Shown piece by piece: positions 1 through 9,721 of a DNA stretch of 20,000 bases. The stretch covers positions 16,556,385 to 16,576,384 of the forward strand of contig NC_057718.1 of the NCBI RefSeq assembly GCF_004010195.1, given 5' to 3'. Below the pieces are notes generated by a model that ran no database searches, was not told where the DNA came from, and worked only from the letters and a program-made list of their open reading frames with translations. The DNA is from Chiloscyllium plagiosum (Eukaryota). The first letter of the stretch is position 1, and every line of letters starts with the position of its first letter. A program made the position numbers and the translations under genes.

Positions 1-693
1 CAGACCATCCCTGGGATCAAGAGCCTTGGCAGAAATCCCAGAAATCCTGGGAGGTGCTGGTAATCAGAGGCCAGCAGCATCACCAAGGGACTGGTGACTG
101 CTGCCAGTAATGCATGAAGCAATAATGCTTCATCCAGGTCACAGGTGAGTGATGGCAGAATAGGAATTAAGTTGGGGAGTGGGGTGTTGTCACTAATGGT
201 AACGCTCAAAGGCTCTCCATAATCCCGATGTCAGGTCACTTAGTAAGACACTGAGTGCTTTTGAATGGCAACTCTACCCACAGACCCCTTGTCTGAAAGA
301 CCACAGGTACCAGTGGCATGAATTTTCTTTTCAGGATTCTTACACAGCGAGTCCTCCAGTGAGCCCTGTAAATTGGTATTATTTAATCAATCAACCTGCC
401 CCGATTTAATCTGGGCAATGACGGGAAGGTGGCAGGATCCCTACCTGACCCTCCCACCTGATTAAAAGCTGTTCACCATCTCAGTTGCTTCATGGAGGGT
501 ATTAAATTCAACCCCAGGAATTAAGCCATAGAAATTTAGATGCGTGTACTAATCTTTCGAAAACCCAATACTCATATGGGACAACCAGCATTTGTGAGGA
601 TACAAAACAGAAATAATATTTTTCTTGGATGGTTTTAACCTTACACTAAAAATCAATCATTCTCCTAACTAAATCAATTATGTGTGTTTGGGC

Positions 694-1270
694 TGTAATG
701 ATGACATCACTTTAACAAGGTTATTTTGTCCTTAGGGTTTTTTTAAGAGAGGTCTTAAAGGCAGAGATACCGACATGTCTGTAAAGACTCTAACAATGGC
801 AGGGGAATGACCAGTTGTCCTAGTTTAGTTTTTTTCTAGTTTGATTTAGTTGTAACAGTGAGAAGCTGCTGTAGTCCAGAGAAAGGTTCCAAGCTTCAGC
901 AGATGATTTTTGACTGGCTTCTCGCTCTGAAACCTCCCCTGCCTATGAGAACCTGTGTTTGAATTTACCTATTGCCAAGGGGTGCATTTATGGGATGTTG
1001 CAGGAATTGGAACAGCTCCTTAGTTAAGTGTGGTAAAAGAGTTGGTTGAGTTTTTAAATAGTTAAGTTATCCTAAATTCTGTTCTCTTTTGTTCATGCTT
1101 CAACTGTAGTGTTTAAATAAATTCTGTTTTGCTTAAAGCCGAGTTATTTGACCAGCTGCATTACATCTGGAATATCAATTACACATCTGCCTTTAAAATG
1201 AGAAAAAGTTAGGATCTAGGCTACCTTCTTGAAATATTTTGAGAGGGTCTGTCTGGCCTCATCCATAACA
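694..1270 (+). mobile_element. Probable solo LTR (577 bp)
   Basis: Begins TGTAATGA and ends CCATAACA (TG...CA, imperfect inverted termini 6/8). Flanks gggc (690-693) and gtgc (1271-1274) fit a 4-bp TSD with one mismatch. AATAAA at 1116-1121. No coding potential. Confidence 0.6.
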
Positions 1271-1559
1271 GTGCACACCTAGCAAATTTAATTTGTCTCA
1301 AGTTTCTTTGTCATACCTCAAAACATTTATTAAATAATTCAAATCATCAGATCCAGTAACCTCCAATTTATTAACTATGAACTCATTCAAAATGCACAGA
1401 CAAATAATTAGATTTTGGAACCTTAAAGGGACACATTCATATAAACATACTCAGGAGAATAAATCTAATTTGTTTTCCAGTCCTTATGTAGAATGAAAAA
1501 CCATGACTGCAATTTTCCCTTTTTCATATTAAGCCTAGGGAAGGGTGCACATATGAACA

Positions 1560-2900
1560 TTTGCATTTGGGGCAGGAATAAACCACTCAGCCCCTCAAAC
1601 CCACTCCACCAGGGAATAAGATCATGGCTTATTTGATTACTCCATATTCCTACAACGTTCCTCTCCTGGTTCATCAAAAATCTATCTACCTTTGTCTTAA
1701 AATTATTAAAAGGTTCTGCATTCACCTTTTGAGGAAGGGAGTTCTAAAAACTCATGACCTTCCATGAGAAACAAAGTATTTCTTAGCTCCGTCTTAAATG
1801 GATGACCCCTTATTTTTAAACAATATTATAAAAAGATTCTCCAAGAAGAAATTTCTTTTCCACATGTTCCCTATCATGACCCTTCTAATGCGTTTCAATC
1901 AAGTTACCTCTTACTCTTATCTCTAGCAAATTCAAAAATACATCGTACAAACTTACTTTTAAGAAAATCCACCCATTCTAGGCATTAGTTTAGTAAAACT
2001 TCTCTGAATGCTTCCAATGCTCTTATATCCTTTCTTAAATAATAAGGCAGTATTCCAGATATGCTGTCACCAATGCCTTGTGTACCTGTAAATGACCTCT
2101 TTACTTTTGTATTCAATTCCAATTGCTACAAACAGCAACATTCTATTAGCTTTCCCAATTAGTTGCTGTACTTTCAGACTAATCTTTGTCAGTCATGTTT
2201 CAAATCCTTCTACATCTCAGAGTTCTGCAATCTTTCACCTTTTAGTTAATATGTCTCCTTTCTATTCTTGCTACCAAAATGGACAACTTCACATTTTCCC
2301 CACATTATACTCCATTTGCCAGATCTTTGCCCACTTCCTTAACCCAGCTACTGCATATCCCTTTGTAGTATTCTTATGACCTTTTCACATTGACTTTCCT
2401 ACTTACTTTTACATCATTAGCAAATTTAGCAGCCATACTTTTAGTCTTTTCAACTAAGTTATTTATATAATTTGTAAAACATTGAGACCCAGCACTGATC
2501 CCTGTGGGGTGGCATGGTGGCACAGTGGTTGGCACTGCTGCCTCACAGCCCCAGAGACCCGTGTTCAATTCTCCCAGTGTCTGCGTGGGTTTCCTCCGGG
2601 TGCTCCGGTTTCCTCCCACAGTCCAAAAATGTGCAGGTCAGGTGAATTGGCCATGCTAAATTGCCCGTAGTGTTAGGTGAAGGGGTAAATGTAGGGGAAT
2701 GGGTCTGGGTGGGTTGCTCTTCGGAGGGTCGGTGTGGACTTGTTGGGCCGAAGGGCCTGTTTCCACACTGTAAGTAATCTAATCTAATACCATTTGTTAC
2801 ACCTTGCCAATCAATAAAGGACCCATTTATATCTACACTATTTTCTGTTAGCTAGCCAATATGCTACCACCCCCTTCACAATGAGCTTCTATCTTCAGAA
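1560..2900 (-). mobile_element. Old, heavily decayed CR1-clade LINE (RT C-terminal half and 3' end), interrupted by a SINE at 2507-2788
   Basis: Minus strand has CCACAGGGATCAGTGCTGG (PQGSVLG motif) at ~2488-2507 and a KFANDVK (FADDTK-like) motif in ORF 2374..2619. A 3'-UTR-like stretch near 1570-1630 resembles the element at 15585-15663. LINE sequence resumes after the SINE. Boundaries are approximate. Confidence 0.65.
2507..2788 (+). mobile_element. HE1-type tRNA-derived SINE (V-SINE) with a short internal deletion
   Basis: tRNA-like head with A box (TGGCACAGTGG) and B-box-like GTTCAATTC, V-domain GGGTTTCCTCCGGGTGCTCCGGTTTCCTCCCACAGTCCAAA, LINE-like tail GGGCCGAAGGGCCTGTTTCCACACTGTA and (AATCT)n end. 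Confidence 0.9.
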
Positions 2901-3029
2901 TGTTTAGTTATTTCAGAATGTTTAGACTAACTTGCCAAAGCTAATCATGAGGAAGCTTGTCGTATCATGTGCCAAGCAACTTAAGAACTTTGCATCTTAT
3001 TGCAGACCTCAAGACCTAGAAGCTCCTGG

Positions 3030-3107
3030 GCTTGGATCGGCGCAACATCGAGGGCCCAAGGGCCTGTACTGCGCTGTATTCTTCTATGTTCTATGTTCTA
3101 TGTTCTA
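3030..3107 (+). mobile_element. 3'-terminal fragment of a CR1-clade LINE with (TTCTATG)n tail
   Basis: GAGGGCCCAAGGGCCTGTACTGCGCTGTA followed by TTCTATG tandem repeats, a typical CR1 3' end. Confidence 0.7.
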
Positions 3108-3162
3108 ATCAGTGACATCAAAACCTTCAGTCAAGGCATACTTTCCAGATCCAGTAAAAAGC

Positions 3163-3501
3163 TGGCAGGATTTTTGAGCTTCTTGCAGTGAGGGTTGCAG
3201 GGACGGGGTGTCATTGGGTTTAGAGGCAAGGGTAGGAATTTGGCTTTCAGGGGTAACCCCCTTGACCCTGATCTGTGCCTCTGACTGATCCCAGATAGGA
3301 ATCAATGGAGGCTGAAATCCTCCAACCTGACAGGCAGGTTGTTCAATTGGCCAGCCACGAAAGCTACCACTTTTCTCACCTACTGAGACGACAGGTAACT
3401 GAAGATATGGCAATTTATGGATTTTAATTGCAATGTCAAGAAAATCCACAGTGGACCTTCTCGCTCAACACTCCGTCACCCAGAAGGGGAAATTGGGCCA
3501 G
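3163..3501. repeat. Possible old non-autonomous DNA transposon (MITE-like)
   Basis: GC-richer island bounded by TGGCAGGATTTT and AAAATTGGGCCA (imperfect inverted termini, 9/12). No TSD found. Confidence 0.3.
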
Positions 3502-4157
3502 TATTGAGAGACAGTACTACAGGAAATATGCACATATACACAGATGTATATATACAATACCCATAGATATACAGTATAACCTCATAAATTGTAACATTTT
3601 GTAATGAGTTTCAAGTTAGCATGACACTTATTTTCCCCTGCAAACTACACAGATCAATAGGAGTTGCATGGATTTAAACAGATATGAAGCAAATAAATAA
3701 AATGACAACCTGTACCTTGGCAGTTTTCAATGTTATTACCACAGAAATTCAAACAAAAGCCACCTGATTGATGTGATGGCAAGCCCATCTTACCTCAAAG
3801 GCACACCAGCACAAAACTCTTAACAAATCTCGGCATATATACAATAAGATGTTTTTCTCAATACTTCCAACTCTACAAAAAAAGTCAATTCCTCTTAGCT
3901 AAATTAACCTAACATGCAGCTTTTTTCTCTTCACACTATTGTTATTTTTAAAGCAAAATCATTTTAATGACTCTACTTATAAGCTACCAATGCAAATGTT
4001 AATGTTATGTTGAAAGGAAATGGAAAGACAGTTTAGTTACATGACCTATGACATTCTCCTATACAGCAACAATCAGGAATGTCTCCACAGTTTGCTAAAT
4101 CAAATGACAACATCAAAATAAAATGCTTGCACAATACCATGGAAGTAACCTAGAATT

Positions 4158-4432
4158 GGGTGACATGGTGGCTTTGTGATTAGCCTCACAGCATCAGGGA
4201 CTGGGTTTGATTACAGTTGGGTGACTGCCTATGTGGAGCTTGCATATTCTTCCCACGTCTGCATGGGTTTCCTCTGGGTCCTCCAGTTTCCTCCCACAGT
4301 CTAAAGATGTGCAGGCTAAGTGGACTGTCCATGGGAAATGCAGGGTTACATGGCTGGGTCTGGCCGCGATGCCCTTCGGAGGGTTGGTGTGGACTCAATG
4401 GGCTGCTTGGCCTCCACACTATAGGGATTCTG
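4158..4432 (+). mobile_element. Older diverged HE1-type SINE
   Basis: Degenerate tRNA head GGGTGACATGGTGGC, V-domain GGGTTTCCTCTGGGTCCTCCAGTTTCCTCCCACAGTCTAAAGATGTGCAGG, tail CCACACTATAGGGATTCTG. Collinear with 2507-2788. Confidence 0.85.
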
Positions 4433-4517
4433 TTAAAACAATGTGTCTTAGTATAAAATAACACTGTTGAATTTACAAAACAAAATGCCATGGATGCATA
4501 TGCAGTTAGGTCCAATG

Positions 4518-4727
4518 AAGTTAAAAAATCACACAACACCAGGTTATAGTCCAACAGGTTTAATTGGAAGCACACTAGCTTTCGGAGCGACGCTCCTTCA
4601 TCAGGTGATAGTCTGAGCATCGCTCCAAAAGCTAGTGTGCTTCTAATTAAACCTGTTGGACTATAACCTGGTGTTGTGTGATTTTTAACTTTGTACACCC
4701 CAGTCCAACACCGGCAGCTCCAAATCA
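4518..4727. mobile_element. Non-autonomous Penelope-like fold-back element (inverted terminal-repeat arms plus a one-sided tail) with 13-bp flanking direct repeat
   Basis: Arms 4518-4595 and 4615-4691 are near-perfect reverse complements. Unique tail at 4692-4727. AGGTCCAATGAAG occurs at 4508-4520 and 4727-4739. Contains a hammerhead core. A second copy lies at 9722-9940. The Penelope assignment rests on the minimal hammerhead and the inverted-repeat architecture. Confidence 0.8.
4573..4607 (-). ncRNA. Minimal type I hammerhead ribozyme motif
   Basis: Minus strand CAC CUGAUGA A GGAGC GUC GCUCC GAAA GCU A/GUG: both core boxes, 5-bp stem II, palindromic AGCU stem III, 3-bp stem I (CAC/GUG). 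Predicted cleavage after CUA, between 4576 and 4575. Confidence 0.75.
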
Positions 4728-4754
4728 GGTCCAATGAAGATTAACATTTGAGAT

Positions 4755-5030
4755 CTGCCTCAGGCGACTGTCTGTGTGGAGTTTGCACATTCCTCCCTTG
4801 TCTGTGTGGGTTTTCTCTGGGTGCTCTGGTTTCATCCCACAGTCCAAAGATGTGCAGGTTAGGTGAATTGGCCATGCTAAATTACCCATAGTGTTAGATG
4901 CATTAGTAGGGGTAAATATAGGGTAGGGGTCTGGGTGGGTTACTCTTTGGAGGGTCAGTATGGACCTGTTGGGCCAAATGGCCTGTTTCCATACTGAAGG
5001 GAATTTAATTGAATCTAATGTAATCTAATC
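4755..5030 (+). mobile_element. 5'-truncated HE1-type SINE
   Basis: Starts after the tRNA head at GCCTCAGGCGACTGTCTGTGTGGAGTTTGCAC, then V-domain, GGCCTGTTTCCATACTG tail and degenerate (AATCT)n. Confidence 0.88.
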
Positions 5031-5164
5031 ATAAAATAAATGCAAACTAACTGAAGAAATAGATAATGAGAGTTCAGAGTCATTATGTTAGAGAATGAAA
5101 GGTAAGATTGGTAGGATTAACGAACAATGGATGAACAAGACATTGACATTTTAGTCAAGACTAA

Positions 5165-5373
5165 AAAATAATTATGTACTAGATGTAGACAACTGGGTTC
5201 AAATTAATCTAGGGGCTTTGTTAACAGGGACATCAGGAAGGCAAAGAGGTGATATAAGATAGCCTTGGCAAATGAGTTTAAGGACAATCCAAAGCATTAA
5301 GAGCAAGACAGCAACTAGAGAGACAATAGGAGTCCTTAAAGATCAAAGAGGTTGTCTTTGTGCTGAACCTCAG
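5165..5373 (+). mobile_element. 5' part of a decayed CR1-clade LINE (continues at 7235)
   Basis: Encodes IKSKTATRETIGVLKDQRGCLCAEPQ, the ORF2 segment that precedes EILNEYF. Homologous to the minus-strand LINE at ~19490-19620. Confidence 0.75.
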
Positions 5374-5374
5374 T

Positions 5375-7234
5375 CAAAGAACAAAGAACATTTACAGCCC
5401 AGGAACAGGACCTTCGCCACTCCAAGCCCGAGCCAATCCAAATCTACTGTCTAAACCTATTGCCCAATTCCTAAGCATCTGTATCCCTCTGCTCCCCACA
5501 TACTCATACATTTGTCCAGACGCACCTTAAATGAATCTACCATGCCTGCCTCTACTGGCAATGCATTCCAGGCACCTACCACCATCTGTGTAAAGTACTT
5601 GCTGCGTATATCCCCCTCAAACTTTTGAACACATGACCTCCCATTATTGAATTCCTCACCCTGGGAAAAAACTTATCTCTATCCACCCTGTCTATACCCT
5701 TCATGATTTTGTAGACCTCAATCAGGTCCCCCTCAATCTCCTTTTTCCTAATGAAAACAATCCTAACCTACTCAACCTCTCTTCATAGCTAGCAACATCC
5801 TCGTAAACCTTCTCTGCACCCTCTCCAAAGCATCCACGTCCTTTAGGTAATTAGATTAGATTAGATTAGATTACAGTGTGGAAACAGGCCCTTCGGCCCA
5901 ATAGGTCCACACCGACCCGCCGAAGCGCGGGTCTCTGGCGCTGTGAGGCAGCAGTGCTAACCACTGTGCCACCGTGCCGCCCACAAATGTGGCGACCAGA
6001 ACTGTACACAGTATTCTAAATGCAGCCGAACCAATGTCTTGAACAATTTTAGCATGACCTGCCAGCTCTTATACTCAAAACCCCGTCCGATGAAGGCAAC
6101 CATATCATATGCCTTTTTGACCATTCTATCCACCTGTGCAGCCACCTTCAAAGTACAATGGACTTGAAATCCCAGATCTCTCTGCTCAGCAACTTTACCC
6201 AAGGCTCTTCCGTTTACAGTATAGTTGGCTCTAGAATTAGACTTCCCAAAATGCATCACCTCACATTTGTCTGGATTGAACTCCACCTGCCACTTCTCTG
6301 CCCAACCCTCCGGTCTATCTATATTCTCCTGTATTCTTTGACAGTCACTTATGCTTTCTGCTACTCCACCAATCTTCAAGTCATTTGCAAACTTACTAAT
6401 CAGACCAATGATGCCCTCTTCCAGATCATTTACGTATATTACAAACAATAGTGGCCCCAGCACTGATCCCTGTGGAACACCACCTTTCTCCATTTCAGGA
6501 AACTCCCTTCAACTACTACTCTCTGTGTCCTGTTACTCAACCTTTTCTTTACCACCCAGCTAGAACATCCTGCACACCATGTGACTTCACTTTCTCCATT
6601 AGTTTACCATGGGAAACCCTATCAAACGCATAACTAAAGTCCATGTACATGACATCTCCAGCCCTTCCTTCATCTATCAACTTGGTCACTTCCTCAAAGA
6701 ACTCTATTAAAGTTGATAAGGCACAATCTACCCTGCATAAAACCATGTTGCCTATCACTGATAAGCCCATTCTTTTCCAAATATAAATTATATTTTACCC
6801 CTCAGTATCTTCTCCAGCAACATTCCCACCACTGACGTCAGGCTCACTGGTCTGTGGTTACCTGGAATATCCCTACTACCCTTCTTGTACAGGGGGACAA
6901 TATGAGCAACCTTCCAGTCCTCCGGCACCTCACCTGTGTTTAAGGATGCTACAAAGATATCTGTCAGGGCCCCAGCTATTTCCTCTCTCACCTCCCTCAA
7001 CAACCTGGGATAGATCCCATCTGGTCCTGGCGTTTTGACCACCTTAATATCCTTTAGCCTACCCAACAGATCTTCCCTCCTTATGTCAACATGATCCAGA
7101 GTAAACACAAAGATCTCCAGTGATCAGCTCCCCTCTGGCCCAGGGACCGTACAGAGAGCCACCTGAAGCATTCATCACCTCCTGTTCCTCAGTGGACACT
7201 GATGCAAAGTAATCATTGAGAATCTCTTTGCATC
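5375..7234 (-). mobile_element. 5'-truncated CR1-clade LINE ORF2 (RT) pseudogene nested antisense in the older LINE
   Basis: ORF pieces carry PGPDGIYPRLL, PVSLTSVVG, MDFSYAFDRV, GVPQGSVLGPLLF, KFANDLK and LEYCVQFWSP. Frameshifted. 3' tail of (GTTCTTT)n at 5375-5389. Confidence 0.92.
5851..5985 (-). mobile_element. Short HE1-type SINE (tRNA head fused to tail, V-domain deleted) inserted in the LINE
   Basis: Minus strand reads TGTGGGCGGCACGGTGGCACAGTGGTTAGCACTGCTGCCTCACAGCGCCAGAGACCCG joined at ~5927 to the tail CTTCGGCGGGTCGGTGTGGAC...CCACACTGT(AATCT)n. It interrupts the LINE just after the FWSPH codons. Confidence 0.88.
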
Positions 7235-8880
7235 GATGAGAGAGATATTAAATGAATATTTCGTGTCAGTATTTACTGTGGAGAAAGAAATGTAGGCTAG
7301 AGAATTCAGGGAAATAAATATTGATGTTTTGAAAATGGTTCACATTACAGAAGTGGACATGCTGGATGGCTTAGAAAATATAAAGGTTTATAAATCTCTA
7401 GGACACGATCCCAGGATGCAATGGGAAGTTAGGGAGGAAGTCACACCGTCCCTTGCAGAAATATTTATATCATGTATAACTACGAGTGAGGTGCTGGATG
7501 ACTGGAGAGTGCTAATGTTGAACCTTGTTTAAGAAGGAGTGTAAGGAGAAGCCTGGGAACTATAGATCTGTGATTCTGATTTTGGTGGTGGGTAGATTGT
7601 CAGAGGTGATTCTGAAAGATAGAATTTATATGCAATTGGAGAGGCAAGGAATGATTTGGGATAGCCAGCATAGTTGTGTGCAAGGAAATTGAATGTTTTG
7701 AGGAAATAACCAAGAAGATTGATGAAGCAGAGTGGTAGACATTGTTTACTTGGACTTTAGTAAAGCCTTTGACAAGGTTCCGCATGGTAGACTAATTAGT
7801 AAAGTTAGATCACATGTGATTCAAGATGAGCTTGCCAAATGGATACAAAATTGGCAGGAGACAGAGTGATGGTAGAGAGTTGTTTTTCAGGCTGGAGGTC
7901 TGTTACCAGCAGTGTTCCACAGGGATTGGTGCTGGATTTACATCTGGTAGTCATTTATATATGAGATTTGGATGAGAATATAGACAGCATGGTTAGTAAG
8001 TTTGCAGAATACACCACAATTGATGGTATAATGGATTGTGAAGAAGGTTATTTAAAATTACAAAGAGATCTTGATCAATTGGGTCATTAGGCTGAGGGGT
8101 GGCAAATGACTTTAATTTGGAGAAATGTGAGGTATTGCATTTTGGCAAAACCAACAAGGGCAATTAAAAGTAAGGCCTTGGATAATGTTGTAGAAGAGAC
8201 ACCAGGGGTTCAGGTACATAATTCTTTGAAGTTTGCACCACATGTAGACAGGGTGATTAATAAGGCATTTAGCATGCTTGCCTCCATTGCTCAGACCTTT
8301 GAGTAGGGGAATTGGAAGGTTATGATGGTGGAGAGGCCTCTTCTGGAGTCCTGTCCACATTTCTAGTCATTCTGTTAAAAGAAGGATATTATTAAGCTGA
8401 AGAGGGTTCAGAAGGGAGTTACCAGATGTTGCCAGGAATGGAGGGTTTGAGCTATAAGAAGAGACTGGATAGGCATGGAACCTTTTTCAATGGAGCATAG
8501 GAGGTTAAAGGGTGACCTTATAGAGGTTTATTAAATCATAAGAGGTATAGATAAGGTGAACAACAGGTGTCCTTTCCCTAGGGTGGGGGATTTCAAGACT
8601 AGGGGTTTATTTTTAGGTGAGAGGAGAAAGACTTAAAAAAGACATGAGCAATTTTTTTTTACACTGGGAATAGTTCGTGAGTGGATTGAACTTCCAGAGG
8701 AAGTGGTGAATGCAGGTACACTTACAATGTTTGAAAGACATGAGGATAATTACATGAAAAAGAAATGTTTGGACAGATATGGGCCAACTGTAAACTAATA
8801 GGACTCGTTTAGTTTGGGATTATGGCCAGTTTGGACTGGTTGGACCAAAGAGTCTGGTATCATGCTGTATAACTCTATAA
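7235..8880 (+). mobile_element. 3' part of the decayed CR1-clade LINE (RT region to 3' end)
   Basis: EILNEYFVSVFT, LDFSKAFDKVPH, VPQGLVL and SKFAEYT motifs with many stops and frameshifts. Ends TTGGACCAAAG...CATGCTGTATAACTCTATAA, like the other HER1-type 3' ends in the window. Confidence 0.9.
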
Positions 8881-8894
8881 ATTAACAACAAATT

Positions 8895-9060
8895 TTACTT
8901 ATAGGGTGATTTTAATATAGTTAAAATCCTCAAGATAGTTCACAGAAGAATTGATAAACAGTTTAAAAAAAAGTCATATAAGATGATATTAGGATAGATG
9001 ATGAAAGACTGGACAAAGAAAGAGGTTTAACCAAGCATTTAATGGAGGAATGTTAGGTAC
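8895..9060 (-). mobile_element. Possible ancient L2-like LINE 3' fragment
   Basis: Weak resemblance, from memory, to shark L2 3' ends (...GATATTAGGATAGATGATGAAAGACTGGACAAAGA...). Very diverged. Confidence 0.3.
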
Positions 9061-9721
9061 AGAATTTGTTTTGATCCCAGCCGATGGTAGTACTGGACCA
9101 GTCAGATCCCAGTGTAAAACTTGGCTTGATTGATCATAAGTTTTGCTTCTGTCATTGAACATATTCATATGAGGCTTCTAATGTTCTTTTAACAAAACAC
9201 AAATTTATCATCCAAAATTTTAAAAAGATAATTTAGAAATATCTTGATATAAACAGCAGAAAAAGTAAAGGAACTGAACCCTTTGCTGGCAATACCTTTT
9301 AAAGTCACTCAAGCCCAGTAAAATAACATTCCTGACTTCACTTTAAGTTTTTTTACTCAACTAACTTTCTGCACATTCAGCAGATGAATACTCTCTGTCT
9401 TTCCCAGAGATATGTAAGTATGGACATACTCACTGACTCTATCCAACTCTCCTCCTCGATTGATGAACATCTTAGTATTTCTTTTCACTTCTGATAGCCT
9501 GGATACGTCTCTTCAATTCTAATTGCATGGAGATTTCTATCAACTCTCTCAATTTCTACAAACTAAATGCCCCTTCTGCTGAAATGAAACTGCTCTTCTG
9601 AACAGGAACCTGATTTTGGCCTCTGACCATCTGTCCTTCTGAAGCCATCAATTTTCCAGTTTGTAAAAAATTCATTAAATAACCCCCCCCCCCAGTTTGC
9701 TAAAACTCACTTAACTTTTAG

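Noticed and set aside
1..516. GC-richer tract with possible inverted termini at 314 and 516 (similar tracts at ~10150-10575 and ~12985-13390)
   Set aside because: Probably old shark interspersed repeats, but the termini are too degenerate and no TSD is visible, so I could not support a call.
2507..2575. tRNA gene
   Set aside because: The A/B-box head continues into a V-domain and LINE tail, so it is a SINE head with no complete cloverleaf.
4518..4691. Long hairpin as a pre-miRNA or CRISPR-like repeat
   Set aside because: It is a multi-copy mobile element with a TSD. There is no repeat-spacer array and no support for a miRNA without small-RNA data.
4186..4734. 182-aa minus-strand ORF and overlapping plus-strand ORFs
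   Set aside because: They run across a SINE and the fold-back element, so they are chance open frames in non-coding repeats.
5957..7108. RT ORFs as a functional reverse transcriptase or a retron-like system
   Set aside because: Frameshifted and 5'-truncated, with the catalytic motif mutated (FAND) and a SINE interruption. This is an ordinary dead CR1 LINE.
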